A DNA stretch of 46,753 nt, the filler included, from Catajapyx aquilonaris (taxonomy: Eukaryota), in NCBI GenBank assembly GCA_000934665.2. It is 2 parts of 2 records of this genome, joined end to end, with 100 filler letters (N's around TTAATTAATTAA, not from the genome) between each part and the next. Parts side by side here need not be neighbours in the genome. Positions count along the whole stretch, not along the records: positions 23,364 to 46,753 come from KZ539402.1; 1 more part is not named here. One strand, 5' to 3'. The notes beneath the pieces are model-generated. The model ran no database searches. It had not been told where the DNA came from and saw nothing but the letters and a program-made list of their open reading frames with translations. The translations under genes were made by a program, and so were the position numbers. Below are positions 23,440 to 36,686 of this stretch, piece after piece. How positions within the stretch are numbered: position 1 is the stretch's first letter; each line of letters starts with the position of its first letter.

Positions 23440-23930
23440 GAAAGGGCGCTGTTTGTCCGGGTACGGGCAATGAACAGATTACCTCCGACATTTGCTGCAC
23501 TTCTACAACATACTAAACGAGCATGTTTGCAGGCGGGATTTATCTGGGGACAGAGTTTGGTTGCAAATCCAGAATAACCCAACTTCGAGGATTGGGGATG
23601 GAAGAAGGATGGTAGTGTTTGGATTCCATTCTGGACTACAAAAGAAAGGAACCCCTGCCTCCGTGAAGGCGCTCAGTAGAGGTCGTTGTATGTGCAGACA
23701 GTCATGCCTTCCATGTACGGGCCTTTGTGTGTCAGTGTATGTGTGTGAGGGAGATTCCTGCGAAAGGAATCAACATTAATTTAGTGGCGTAGAAATATAT
23801 TGTAAACTTTGTATGTATACTGTAAACCAGTTGTAACGTTCCTGTAGCATTAAATATTTGTACTTCAAATACTGTTTTGTGTTATTAATGTAAGGTGATA
23901 ACGGCGGCCATCTTGGTTTTCGGCATCTAT
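23440..23930 (+). pseudogene. Academ (XPG-type) transposase C-terminal remnant with subterminal motif
   Basis: RLPPTFAALLQHTKRACLQAGFIWGQSL..EDWGWKK..WIPFWTT, then GRCMCRQSCLPCTGLC (Cys-rich zinc finger). GGCGGCCATCTTG lies downstream. Confidence 0.7.
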
Positions 23931-24134
23931 TTTGTAATTGTATACCAAATCTGAAGATTCAAATGGATTCCTAGTACTCTAAAACATATACAGTATGTGG
24001 ACACCTACATTACTGTGCAGTGTCAACCTATTATGTCTGCAGCCAAGTTACGCCTGTTTTAGACGCCACTTTGAATTTCGTTCAATTAGGCGGGGAACAA
24101 TGATTTCTCGACGTGTTCCCACATCCAAATTGAA

Positions 24135-24305
24135 GCGTACAGGCACATGTGCGCAATGCAAAGTATGCAAAAAGACAATTGAAACATCAGGCAACACCAG
24201 CAATTTGAGAAGCCGCCTCAAAAGCAAGCACCCAAGTGTGCTCCTGCTGCCTTCATCACCATCTGAAGATGCCCTGATGAGCCAGGAGCTGTTGAAATTC
24301 AAGGT
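24135..24305 (+). pseudogene. BED zinc-finger remnant (hAT transposase N-terminus)
   Basis: AQCKVCKKTIETSGNTSNLRSRLKSKHP fits the BED pattern CxxC..GNTSNLxxHLxxxH. A hAT-type end GTTGGGGACCACTG occurs at ~25134-25147. Confidence 0.75.
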
Positions 24306-25991
24306 ATGTGACCGGTATCAATAGCAGTGACATGAAGTACTATATTTTCATTAGCAAATTAGGAAGGAATTCTCTAGGAAGGAAGTCTCATATAAAAATT
24401 CATTTTGATTCATTTATAAGGCATTATACTGTCATTGGATAATGATGTTGGATATAGATCTTTTAAGGAGAAAATGGTGATTGATTTTGATGCACACACA
24501 AACACTAAGTATTATTTACAATATTTCTAGATTTAAATCTAAGATATATTGATCACCAATAATAATTGTACCGTACCGATTTCCCGTCAATTTTATAAGT
24601 AGCATTTCATCCCCAAGATTTCAAGAAAATTGCTAAGAATGTATAGGCCTATGCAATATTATATTTCTGCTATGATTTTATTATTTTGATCACCATCACT
24701 TAACCAAAAAATAATAATTGAATATATCATTCCTAAAAACATCTCGAAGCAAATCTTGTGTAAATAAGCAATGCTAAGCATGACAGAATGGGTGGCAGGT
24801 AAGTGAAATAGCTCCCCTTTACGCGTAATGTGTCTTCTGATAAGCTGAAATCACGGGGTTTTCTGCAGTGACAGCAACCAAAACAAAACAACGGAATAAA
24901 CTGGACATAAGCAACACACTTCGGGTGTCATTGTCCCCTATTACCCCTAGATGGAACCGTCTAGTTGCAAAGAAACAAGCTCAGGGTTCTCATTGATTTT
25001 GCGTTCTAGTGAGGTGACATGTTCAATCACTTTATATTCATTTTTTAGTGTAACTATTTTATTTTGAAGCCATGTTTAAGTACAATAAAATGACAATTAT
25101 TAAATCAAAACAATCTATAACCCCCCCCCCCCNGTTGGGGACCACTGATGTAAATGATATGCCCATTATTGCTCATGTTAGAGAAGGATGAAAAATACGA
25201 ATAAGAACAAGTGTAGGTCACATTAAATTTTGACCTACAAAGTGCTTCGCGCGCTTGCGCGTCTGTTTTTGAAGTGGAATAACATACTCGTATATGTCAC
25301 ATTCTGTGCCTAAAAGCTTTCCTTGCGCTTCTTTGCGCTCTACGAGAAACGAGCATTTTTTAAACAAGGTACGCTATGCCTAAAACGCACATATGCAAAT
25401 TTTAGGTATTACGGCGCGCAGGGTGGACCTTACAAGGAGGGGGTTATTTACCATTCTCCGCCAAAAAGGAAGCCTAGGACGCCAGGAACAAGATCACCAA
25501 GAGGAGTGTCTTTTGAGTGAATTGGCAATTGAAGCAGACTGTTGCTACTGAGACCGACCTCAAATGTCATTCCAAACGTGTAGTGACAGAACAAAACGAA
25601 GACGAACGGAGAAACTGTGTTAGTCTTGTACTTCCAGTGCAGTGAGTTGCTATATGCTGCAAAATGAATTTAAGGGCTAAGGGAAATGAGGATGCAGCAA
25701 AACTGATCAAGATGACGATCACAACACCAAGAAGACCAGAAAAAATTCGGCGTGCCTGGAGAGAATATCAACAGAACCCAGGGTTCACACCATACGGTCA
25801 AGTCGCAGTTTGCCTGTCGCTGTTTAGAAGTTGAAGCTTAGTTGTAACTGCTACTTATAGGAACAGTTCTCAAAGTCGTGGCAGCTACAAAGTAGCAGTC
25901 TAGCTACTTGTGTCCCACCAGCCACCACATGGCGCGGCTGATACTCTGTGCACAGCGACAGCGGCAGTGCAGCGTGTCTGGTTAGGACTTA

Positions 25992-26365
25992 AGCCCGTTT
26001 CATAAATAAACTCTGCGACGGCGATCTGCTGTGGGTCGCAGATCTGGCTTGACCGTCGCGCGTCCGTCCAATTCATAAATAAATTCAGGCGCGACGGTCG
26101 CTGGAACTCATCGCGTCGCACCACATCCGGCCGGTTTGATATTGAATGTGCGTCGGGACTCATCGCAGGAGCTGGAGCCAATGGGAGAAGCAGGATGGAG
26201 TCACGTGACAGCGCGCCGCGCACGCCTCGTCGCGCATCCGTTTTTTTATATGAATTGAACACGCGACCCATCGCCACATTCCAACGCAGCGGCAGCATGC
26301 GGCATTCATCGCCGCATTCTGTCGCTGCTGCCGGATCGCGCGATCATTTATTTATGAAACAGGCT
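25992..26365. mobile_element. PIF/Harbinger (Tourist-like) MITE
   Basis: TTA|AGCCCGTTTCATAAATAAA ... TTTATTTATGAAACAGGCT|TTA. 3-bp TTA TSD and CpG-rich interior. Confidence 0.85.
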
Positions 26366-29300
26366 TTAGGGAGCTTAGGACCTGTACGCGACCTGTACAA
26401 TACTATACAGATGGTTACCAACTTACCATGCAGTCTAGCTATGTAAGTGCACTCACCCTTTTTTGGTTCATTTGCTACGTCCCTTATCGTTGGCCTTTAA
26501 AACAGTCACATGTGTGACGAGTAGCTCAAGTAACGTGTATAGTCATTTCGTGTTCTCAATGTTTTTTTGGTGGGTAGTAATGTGGATTTCAATGAAAAAG
26601 AGCAGAGGAAAAAGGGGGAGATGTGGCAGGTATGGTCACTGTCATGGTGCCATGTCGCCCCAATTCTCCAGCCTTATACACGTTGTATTTGAATGATTTA
26701 ATAATGGTTTGATGAAGGGAAAGGAATATAATTATGATCACTTTTTAGGGTGTCCCAATTGCTACTTTACCCGGCATCAAGATATCGCAGCGGTTTGGGT
26801 AATTCAGTTCATGGCAATTTTTGAAGGGAAAGGAACCCTCAGATCCTGTAATGGTGCGCTACCACTTGTAACACTTATAACAGTTCTGCTGCTCTTGTGT
26901 GACTTACTTCCGTAGATGTCAGCTTAGTCTCTAAGACTCTGCTTTTGGATCGCGTAGTTCGGTTCAAAAGAACAAAAACTTGCGGGTTTTTAATATGGAC
27001 TCCTTATATTGTCAACGGAACTTGTATGCAGTCATATCAAACAACACAAAAGATAGGGAGGGGGTAATACTTCCAAAACAACCTTGAGGCAGAGAGAAAA
27101 AACCTTCCCTCCTTCACTAATAACGGTGCTTTCAATTATAAGAATTTTTTATTACTTTCAGCACTTGCCTTCCTCTTAGGGTACACGAACACAAAAGAGG
27201 TGGCAATTTTTTAGTATTTGTTTACATGTATATTTTTGCCCTTTTGCAAACTTAATATAACTTATATGATAGAATAAGTGAGTTTTAAGGGTTTAATTAT
27301 GTACGACAAATCTGTTAATGCACAGACAATGACTGGAAGGGGAAACCTCTATCCCATGAAAGTTGGGGGACAGTCGCCGAGGGTCTCAACGCTACTAAGA
27401 AATGGGCAAGGCTTCATACTACAGCCACTGCAGACGATCAGTAAGCCATGTATAAACGAAACCGCACAGAATACCGCCATCTATCCAAAGCTGTCAAACA
27501 ACAGGTACATGAAATTAAGGCAGAAATAACATCTACTAATTGCAATGGATATGATGTGTAATGGATGAGAAATAACATGGTGACCATGTGTCAAGGGTGA
27601 CAGGTCCAGGGTGTATCAGGCACTGACTCTCAAGTCACGCAGAGAGTGTGTGTGTGGACATGTAAGAGCAACCTCCCAGTCGTGATTTACCGGAAAGTGC
27701 CCCCAACCCGTTGTGGTCCGGCACCTTACCTGCGGATCCCATCCCAACTGTCCCGTACCATCCTGTCCCCAAACCCATCCTTATCCACCCCCATTGGTTC
27801 ATCGATTCACTTACTTGACTGGGTCCACGAAGAAGTAGGAGTTATAGCTCCACATAATTATGTTGACAGAGGAAGTGCCTCTCTAAATAACATAGGTACA
27901 CTGTGTACATGGTATGAAAATGAATATTCAGATGAGAACGAAATGGTTTTTGAAAAATGTGACGTATTAGAACATGGATACTTCCCTATTGGAAATGATA
28001 TATGTACTGTATCCAAACAGTGCTTTAAAGAGGACACTAATCGTATTATTGTAGCTCGGTCTGCATTACAAAAAGTGTCTAACTCCTTCAGCAATAAGGG
28101 TAAGGGTCATTCAGAGAGTGACCCGTTTTCTTCCGAATGAACCTAATACTTGCTGCTGCTTCTTGCAATGTTTGTGGTATTTTTCCCATGAAAATAAATG
28201 GAAATATAATATAGTGCAACTCTGAATTTTTATATTTCTTATGGGGTTTTCTCCGTTTCCCCCCGTTCTACCCGGTTCTTCCCGAGTTGTAGTCGGTTAT
28301 AAGAATACCTGACGTGATTCGTGACAAAGGATATCAGGAAACAAACAGAAACTATCGTCAATAAATTTGTTCCAACGTAGTACGCTGATTAAGGACTCAG
28401 GGATTCACCACGGACTCAGGTGAATCCGGGAATCTCGTACAAAAATCTTCGAATGTCGGTCCCCTCGTGGACCACAATGAGATTACACCACTGTTGAGCT
28501 TCCAGATCAAGATCAGGATTTCCCCCCAGCATCACATTCACCCGAGATTAATTCACTCTTGCTTCTATGCTATAAACAGCTTTTCGCAAAGTTTTGTTTC
28601 CAAGTGAATTTGACTTTTACTTGCAGGTTTTTCTGACTTTCTGGCTGAATATATTCAATAACTAGTAGGCAGTCCCCCCGGCTTTGGCTTTGGAACCACG
28701 CCCTGCAGTGTATGATGCTTGCCGGCGATAATGGCCAGACAGCTGCAGTAATCCTGGAGTAATAATGGCGCGTGACATCTAGCCGCTAGGAAGCGGACCC
28801 TGCAAGGGACCCTCTCTTAACGAAACATTTTTCAAAATCGTACCCGAGGCAGGCCGGCCGGATACAAGGATACAACAAGGTCACAAGACAACAAACACAG
28901 ACAAATCATAGAGATTATCTCTGAAACGCTCTGGACAAATATCTTCATACAGGACGGGAGGTGTCCATTCCCCGCCGCTGCAGCTTCCAGCGCCAATGGG
29001 ATTATGCTGTCAAAATATTGTGCATAATATAATTTTATCGCAAAACATAGCATTAAATATGTAAAAAAAAGGTCATATATACACTTTAGCGGAAATTAGG
29101 AAGTAAGTATACCCCTCCCTCTCTCAACAGCACGAATTTATTACACATCCAAGGTCAAAAACCACACTCAATGAAATAGACATTTCATTTAAAATATAAA
29201 AGTTATTTTCTGATACATTCATTGTTACCACAGTTCGTGTCCATGTGTTTATTACTGTTGCGGTGAATAAGAAATCCGTGTAAATCGAGGTTTCACTCTG

Positions 29301-29653
29301 TAGGCCTACTTATAAATTTTGCTCTTATTGCTGTGTTCTTGTATGTTGTGTGTCTTTTTCAGACAATCATGCTAATCTATCAGCCACAGAAACGAAACTA
29401 TATGAAGAGGAGGACACTTGGCAACGCTGTGTCAGTTAGGGCCCGAGAGTTTATTAGGCTAATCCATGGCAGAGCACGGTGCCCATTGGGGTATGATAAC
29501 ATTTGAACACTTCAATCATAAACCACACAGATCTCGATATAGCCGAAATGTGCTTGAATGATTCATGCGATGGATTATCCAGCCATTAGAAGAATAGATG
29601 ACGCTTAATTCCCTGCCATCCGAAGAGGCTTTTTTTTTTACCTTTATACATTT

Positions 29654-29860
29654 TTAAAAAGTAGCCAAAATGACCTTTGCTATGTTATGATTTGTGCTAA
29701 GAGTGTCCGGATGGTCATGACCCAACACTTTTGCCCTCTTTTCCAAAACCTCCCTGTAGGCCCGCAAGGCTTCGTAGCACCAGTGCCATGTCATTCTAGG
29801 GTGTCCGGATCTCCGATGCCTTCCCTTGCACCTCCTGTAGGGGTCCAACTCCCTTCGAAG
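29654..29860 (-). pseudogene. Degenerate kinesin-light-chain/nephrocystin-3-type TPR repeat
   Basis: YEALRAYREVLEKRAKVLGHDHPDTLSTNHNIAKVI fits the EAxxxYxxxLxxxxxVLGxDHPDTLxxxxNIA consensus. A second broken repeat (..DPDTL) lies upstream. Confidence 0.75.
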
Positions 29861-31873
29861 CCGGTAAAGAAGGACTTGGAATCCCTACATAGACACCATG
29901 GATTAGATTTTGAATTCCCCTTGATCGCTTATCAGGATTACATGACGTTATATAGGCTACTTAGCTTAACTGTTGCATTGCCTGCGTGGATTCTTCTGAG
30001 TAAAAATGAACACATCTGCGCTACAGGCCTGGGCTGCTGGCATCGGGATTACTTAACTTAGCTTAACTGTTGCATTGCCTGCTATTATTCACCAACATGC
30101 CGCTCATGATATGGAGATGAATTGTCCACGAATATTAATATCACAATGCCCATTAAACGTTGAATACTCATAGGTAAAACTAATAAAATGTCGACCATAA
30201 TTCTTTGGACTGTAACTGAAAATTTCTTCTGGTGACGATGGATCCATCAATGCACGGTGTTGGTCAAGGGTCAAAGGTTTGTAATTGGTATGTTTTATCC
30301 ACAAGGAATGGAGCCATGACACGGACTGATCAAAACGCTCCTGGAAATATCTCTACACAGCCAAATTTGAGCCATTTTTGAGAAGCTCCACACAAATTGG
30401 GAGTAACTTTACCCCAAAAATATAAGAATGGGTGGAGACTATTAACAAGTTTCTCCAATAGGCACAAAAGTCGACGACTTATGTCCGATCTTTTTCAATC
30501 TGGTCCTACTGTGAGGCAGAGGTTTTCGGACTTGAAGGTGGAAAATGGTGTGACTGGTTTAGATTCCCCCCTTGTACTGTCAATTTAAAAACTTGTTTTA
30601 TGGCCTTCGGACCGGATTTGAACTGCTTTCCAACCGCTCTACCAACTCGAATCCACCACCCTCCAAACCGTCCTCCAAAAGTGGTGATGAAGTACGTATA
30701 CATAGTATGATGAATGAAGCCTTTAATAACAACATAAATACCAAACGCTAAGTAGCTTCAGGGTATAGGAGTGCAAAGTTCTTAGTTACTACTTTAACTT
30801 AACCATTGTCTGCGTGAATTCTGAGTAAAAATGAACACATCGGTCCGGCACCGGGATTCCCGATCAGCAGTCGGATCCTCTCCGCCACCGCTGCACTGCT
30901 TCGGTATTGCAATTCAAGGGAGGCCCCCCAGGCGATTAAGGGACACGCCCACATTAAAATTAGCAAAAGCATAAAAATCGATTTAGGGGAATTTGGTGAG
31001 GTGCATTTTTTCATTACCCCACGGGGGGAGCTACTCCTTCTATCTACTCCTTAGTGCTGCAATGCTGCCTGCATAAGCCACCCTTGTGTGTGTATACAAA
31101 AGCTAAAAAAACCATGTATATGTGGCAAGGGGGCTGATGGATGAAACACAGGTGAAAGAAGTAGATGGGGGATGCGGTTTAGAACTGCACCTGAAGACTA
31201 GGGGACCGGCGGCTGGATATATTTTTTTCCGCAAGGGAGCATCCGATGTATAAAGTTTACCAGTTGATCGGCGATCTTGGGAAGACGTGTGAAGTGCAAC
31301 ACCCTCAAAACCTCCCTGAGTTGAAATCTCAACAACCACACGCAGGTTATGGTAGCAAAAGTAGATAATGGCTCCAAGTCGACAGCCATAGATTGCGACC
31401 TCTCTGGGGGGGNNNNNNNNNNNNNNNNNNNNNNNNNNNNNNNNNNGTGTAGTATTGAAGCCGTACAGGTACCGCAGGTACTGGATGAGGAATGCGTCCT
31501 GGGTGCACATGCTGTACAGAGGCGGCGGGTACGGAAAGTACAGCTGGTTGTTCGGGTCTGCAAGGGAACACTCGTTGTAACTACGACCCCCCAAGGCGTC
31601 TGGTGGAGAACTTCTGAGTAAATCTGGGAAATTCTCCTGGATTCCCGATTCCGCCACCACTTGCGATTCAAGGGGGGCCTTAGAGCACCCCCCAGGCAAC
31701 CCACATTAAAATATATTAGCAACCGGTATGTACAGGTTTGGGGGGGGGGGGGGGGGGGGNGGAGGGTGTGAGTGGCAGAAGAGGAGGAGGGCCATAACCT
31801 GCATAACCTGCTCAACTTGTTCTTTCTGACCTTTCCGAGCACAGAGTCACTTGTAGGTAACTTGCTAGTTACT

Positions 31874-31904
31874 ACTGAATAATTGCGACTGGTACCTATT
31901 TATA
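31874..31904 (-). promoter_or_regulatory. Candidate TATA box + arthropod initiator core promoter
   Basis: Minus strand TATAAATA (31904-31897) followed by TCAGT, with the Inr A at 31876, 28 nt from the first T of the TATA box. Confidence 0.45.
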
Positions 31905-34900
31905 GTCCACAAGGCCCCTTAAATACCTCACACGACAAAAAAAAAAAAATGCATGGGAGCAGTTTTGAGCTGGGTTTCCCGATAGTGTGGGGTGTTCAAA
32001 CGCCGCCCAAACCCCCCCCNACCCCCCCCCCCCCCAGACAATCTAAAACTGGCAACACGTTGCTCAAATACTAGGGGTTCCTCAGACTTTGGCACCCCTA
32101 GTATTTTGAGGCCCACCAAGATTTCAGTCCTATGTGCACACAGCCCTATGTATGTGCAACGTTCAAGGTTCACAGGGGCAGAAGTTGTTAGGGAACTCCA
32201 AAAGCCCACTGGGTTTGGGGCATACTGCCACTGTACCACTCCAGTTGCAGTAAAGACAGCAGCGCATGAGTAATCACGATCGCATATGCACCCCGAAGTC
32301 GTGAAATGTCTTTCGAGTCCTTTTTCTTGTCGAGTCTATCTGTACGCCCCCACAATGTGTGTTTACTAGGCATCAATTTGTCCAGTGCATGCCATGTGTG
32401 TAGGCCACCATGACAGTACAGACCGGTTTCATTATTACTGTACTGTACCATTGTCCAATTGGGTTGCGCAATTCATCTGTTCGAGGTCACACACACTGTG
32501 CAGATGATCCAGACTTCCAAAAGGCTGATAGCCCCATGATCGGGAGAGAGAGAGAGAGATGCAAACCCTAAACCAAAAACCTAGAAGCTCTAAGGCGTGG
32601 TGGTTCCTGTTACTCCCTGGGGTATGCAGCACCACGGGTTGAGAGAGGGGGTGGGGGGGGGGGGTGCTTGGGAGGGTTGGAAACAAATGCTGCTGGAGTA
32701 GAGTTGGAGCCCCTGAAGCTCCAGACAGCCTTTGTTTTTTTTTCAGGACCAATTATTATCTAAACCTGTACAGTGTCCATGCTGCACCCCAGCGAATACA
32801 GTCTGCAGCTCTTCCGTGACAGTAACCCAGTAGCGCAGGAGACACAAATAATGTCCATCCCAGATCACTCTCTTCATGCATCAATTTGGAGAGCACCCCA
32901 ACGTGTTCTAAAACCTGTGCAATACCTCTGTGTGTCCCTTCGGCACCTTAGCAGCTTAGAGATTCAGAACGGCTGGGCATCAAGGGTCCGGAATCCAAGC
33001 ACCACGAACACCCTGGAAGCTGCTCTGCAGGTCCCTGGTAATTCAAACCCATGCATTGGTTTCTGGGCTTGTGGGGACACCTGAAATGAAAGGAGCAACG
33101 GTTGGATTCCAGACTTGGACCCTGGTACGCGCCCCAGCCTGATTCTCAATTCTCAATGTTGATCGCCACACGCATAGCCTACTATCCCCATAATCATGAC
33201 GACGATCCTCAAAGTGTATAATAGCACCAAGTCATCTTGAGTACATTGTGTCTGCTGCATGCCTGGACACATACGCCAGAAGCAGTTTGAAATACTTGTT
33301 TGACTGTTTGGGCCGGTTTATGGCTTCTTGTCTCGCTTGATTTGGCTTATTGATTTAATATCATTGGAATCTGTGAGCGAGATCAAGGTGTCCTTTGGTC
33401 CAGAATCAGAAGTGATACTTCGTGTGACGGGAGACACATAATCACTCACTTCCTTCACCATCTTAGCCTGAATCCAATCAAACACTCTTACCACACGACT
33501 CCGATACCTGTTTTTTGACCCGATGTTCTTAATTCTCATATCTGAGTAGACCGAAAGGAGAGAATTAGGGGGCAGTGGTTTGAAACATTCATACAGGAGA
33601 GTTTCAAAGCAAACTCTATTAGGGGGGCTTTTGTGCGCAGAGATTAGTCACTTAACTTGACTTAACCATTGTCTGCGTGAATTCCGAGTAAAATGAACAC
33701 ATCTGCGCTACAGGCAACAGGAAATCGCTTATCAGGATTACAAGCACTCGGAATCTCTATGACACTATATAGGTAACCATTGCCTGTGAGAATTCTGAAA
33801 GAAGTAAGTACTCGGCAGCTCTGTGGTTTTATCATAATCAATACAGGCATGCAATTTTAACTTTTGTCCAACAAAGGATCTTCCAATCCTTCTGCAGACT
33901 CCTTATAGATCAGTTTGTTGGATTGGCGTGGAATGCTAAGTGCTAATTGGTGTCAAGTGACTCTAGACGACACAGGCATCGGTCAAGTGTTCCAACCCAG
34001 GCCACGTGGGCTAATCATACAACCCAGTCCGCCTTCTTTACCCCCAGGTCCAGCTAAAAATCTAAGCTGGTTTTACATGCTTCACATGATTGGTTTGGCG
34101 CTTGGGGGTGCACATGGAATGTGGTGGTCGCTTTAAATTCTCAGAATCCAAATTTGGTAACAATCTTTCTAGTAATTTTTTCAAAACTCTCGAATTTTAA
34201 GTCCCAAGCTGTTCAAACGGTTGCTGGCAGTAAGTAGGGTAAATACATACCGAACAGGTTTGTGAATGGATCCCAGGATACTGGAGCATGGACCAGGATT
34301 CCAGTTAAATGGAACAGAGCCACCCCTGCACTCAGAACAGCTATCGCAGCGACTTGAGTCTCCACTGCGGCAGGTGAAACCAGCACGACGGTGTGGGACC
34401 CTTAGTTGAGGCCAACACGCCCATCCGGGCCCCTGAGGTTCATGACACAGCGTTGCGGAGCCTTCGGCCTTCGAGCTGGAGTATGGAAAGAACCCGATCC
34501 AGTGCCTGTCTGGAGACCTCTACCTCAGATGAATTGCAAACTAGGAGGGACACCATGGAGGTGGCTTTGGTCCTCAATGGCGCCGGAGGAGGACATGTCT
34601 GTAACGTTTCAGTATGTACCTTGCGTGTGCCACATTCTGCTTTTACCGTTACAAGCCCTTTGGCTTCACGAATGGCAGGTTCAGAGGCGCTTTGCTTGGC
34701 CTTCCAGTACCCAAAGTGTAGGTCCCTGTCACCCGGAGCGTTGTTGGGTTCTTAGCCAACCATCACAGGTCCAGTGGAGCCTTCTATGCCTTAATCTGAA
34801 ACGAAAGCACCCGCTGCTTCATTGCAACCACCCCCACTTGTTGGACCATTTGTCAAGGGGCCATATGGGCTAATCATACAACCCAGGCCTTCTCCTTCCT

Positions 34901-35559
34901 TCACTTCCTCCTCCTTCTTTATCCCCAGGTCCATACTGCACCGGCTCAAAAGTCACCACATAGCAGGTTTATGCTTCTTAAAAATGGCTGACAGCAAGTT
35001 GAGAGCCGACTTTGCAGGGTCAGTGTCTTATTGTTAGAGGCGTTACGAAAGTGTTCTGGCATTGTCTTGTCCTTGTGGTGGATACCCTGTGGATACGTTG
35101 AGGGATGGCGGGTTTCAGTAGGGGAAAGAAGATGAATTTTCTAGCACAGAAGAAGACACTGGAGGAGTTGCAGCTCGATGAAGCAAACGCCATCAATAGT
35201 GATCAATGAGTTTCAGTTTATTAACACTCCATCAGGCACTATAGGCCATGCAAGTGGACAAAGCTCCAGTAGAATTATTTTTTGTCACATACACACCCAC
35301 ACAGGTGTATTAACAATAATATTATTTTCTTTCATAGGGCATTGTAATGCCTAATGAGGCATCCATGAATGTTGCCTAGTTGGATGCCAGCTGTACATCA
35401 TCGGTGCAGGAAGACGCAATGCAAGCCCCTGATGCGCCTGTTTGTGCAGAGTATAGCGATATCGTTGATGTAGACCCTGCTGACATGGATGTAACAACTG
35501 TAGTAGTAGTGCCTGATGACTTGCCCCCATCTGATGCTACTGAGCAACAAGCAGAAGGA

Positions 35560-36115
35560 AGCCCCGACAGGACGAAACAGAGCAAACGGGCCCAAGAACA
35601 GCTTCTGCGAGTGCATGGGAAAGCCTCCTCCAGTAAGAAACGCAAAACAGATGGCAAATATGATCCTAAAAGGCGCAGCCCAGGCTGTGGCTCTACCGGT
35701 GGCCGTAGCCTTGACTGAAGCTGCCCCGCCGGTGGATCCAGGGCCATCCACCCCCGGGTGGAATGGCCTGAAAAAGACACGTTTCGGCCAGGTGGGGGGG
35801 GGGGGGGGGGGTNNNNNNNNNNNNNNNNNNNNNNNNNNNNNNNNNNNNNNNNNNNNNNNNNNNNNNNNTTTTTTTAAGGAAATGCAATGTATTGCAAGTA
35901 TTAGGAAAAGAGAAGGAGGAGAAGAGTATGTGTCTTCCAGAGGTAAACTGGTTCCGGCAAAAGAGTTCATAGATAAGGCTTGTGGCTGCCGCAACAAGTG
36001 CAATGAGAAGATCGTCTGGAAGAGGCGCTTGGAAATCTACAAGGACTATTATAAGTTGAACTGGGCATTGGAAAATGCTTTTGTGACAGGAGCCATTAGT
36101 GCATATTATTTTACA
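35560..36115 (+). pseudogene. Sola1-like transposase N-terminal remnants (split by a gap)
   Basis: RKREGGEEYVSSRGKLVPAKEFIDKACGCRNKCNEKI..RRLEIYKDYYKL..ENAFV is the basic CxCxxKC module I associate with Sola1-type transposases. The family assignment is from memory. Confidence 0.55.
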
Positions 36116-36489
36116 TGATATATGGTACTGTACATACGAGTACTTATGTATATCAGTGTGAAATGGCTAAGAATGATGATTTTGCCCATGGTTCATAAAT
36201 TGCATACAAAATGTTCTGTTGCTGCAGTGAATAAGGAGTTGTGATTTTTCAGAGTCTTCCCCTATACCTCGATGCACTGTATGGCGGTCCAAAAACAAAT
36301 CAAAGGTAACCACGCACAAGTCCAAGCAGGTGTTTTCAGCACAATCACATGATGACTTGAGCAGCCAGCATGTTACAGGATATTTCCAGTAGGCTAACAA
36401 GGATTTGAAACATTTTTACAATATTATGTACTCTTGCATGTTGACTTAATCTCATTCACTGAATATGAACAGCTGAGTGCTTTAATAAC

Positions 36490-36686
36490 CTAGGAACGAT
36501 GTGAATTCCATGACGCAGCATTACGGCCCAGCAACATGGTTGCTTACAATCAGTCCTAGCGAGTGGTCTTGGGAAGATCTCGGAAACTACATTCGACACA
36601 TAAACAGCCCACATTTCAACAATAAGTCAATCAGTGAATTAGTTGCTCTAGATCCTGTTTCCGCATCCAGATATATTGATAATTAA
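36490..36686 (+). pseudogene. Helitron/Helentron Rep (Helitron_like_N) fragment
   Basis: RNDVNSMTQHYGPATWLLTISPSEWSWEDL...ELVALDPVSASRYIDN matches the GxPTWFxTxSxxExxW ... DPVxxxR pattern. Confidence 0.8.

Noticed and set aside
25900..26446. GC-rich ORFs of 132 and 83 aa
   Set aside because: They lie over a CpG-rich Harbinger MITE and are open because stops are rare there.
27646..28290. 164-aa ORF followed by a pogo-like end (CCCCCGTTCTACCCGGTTCTTCCC)
   Set aside because: Probably a transposase C-terminal remnant, but no diagnostic motif was found, so it is not called.
31740..32035. Long G/C homopolymers as G-quadruplex or poly-Pro/Gly coding tracts
   Set aside because: They abut N characters repeatedly (also ~17744, ~23364, ~25120, ~35794), so their lengths are unreliable.
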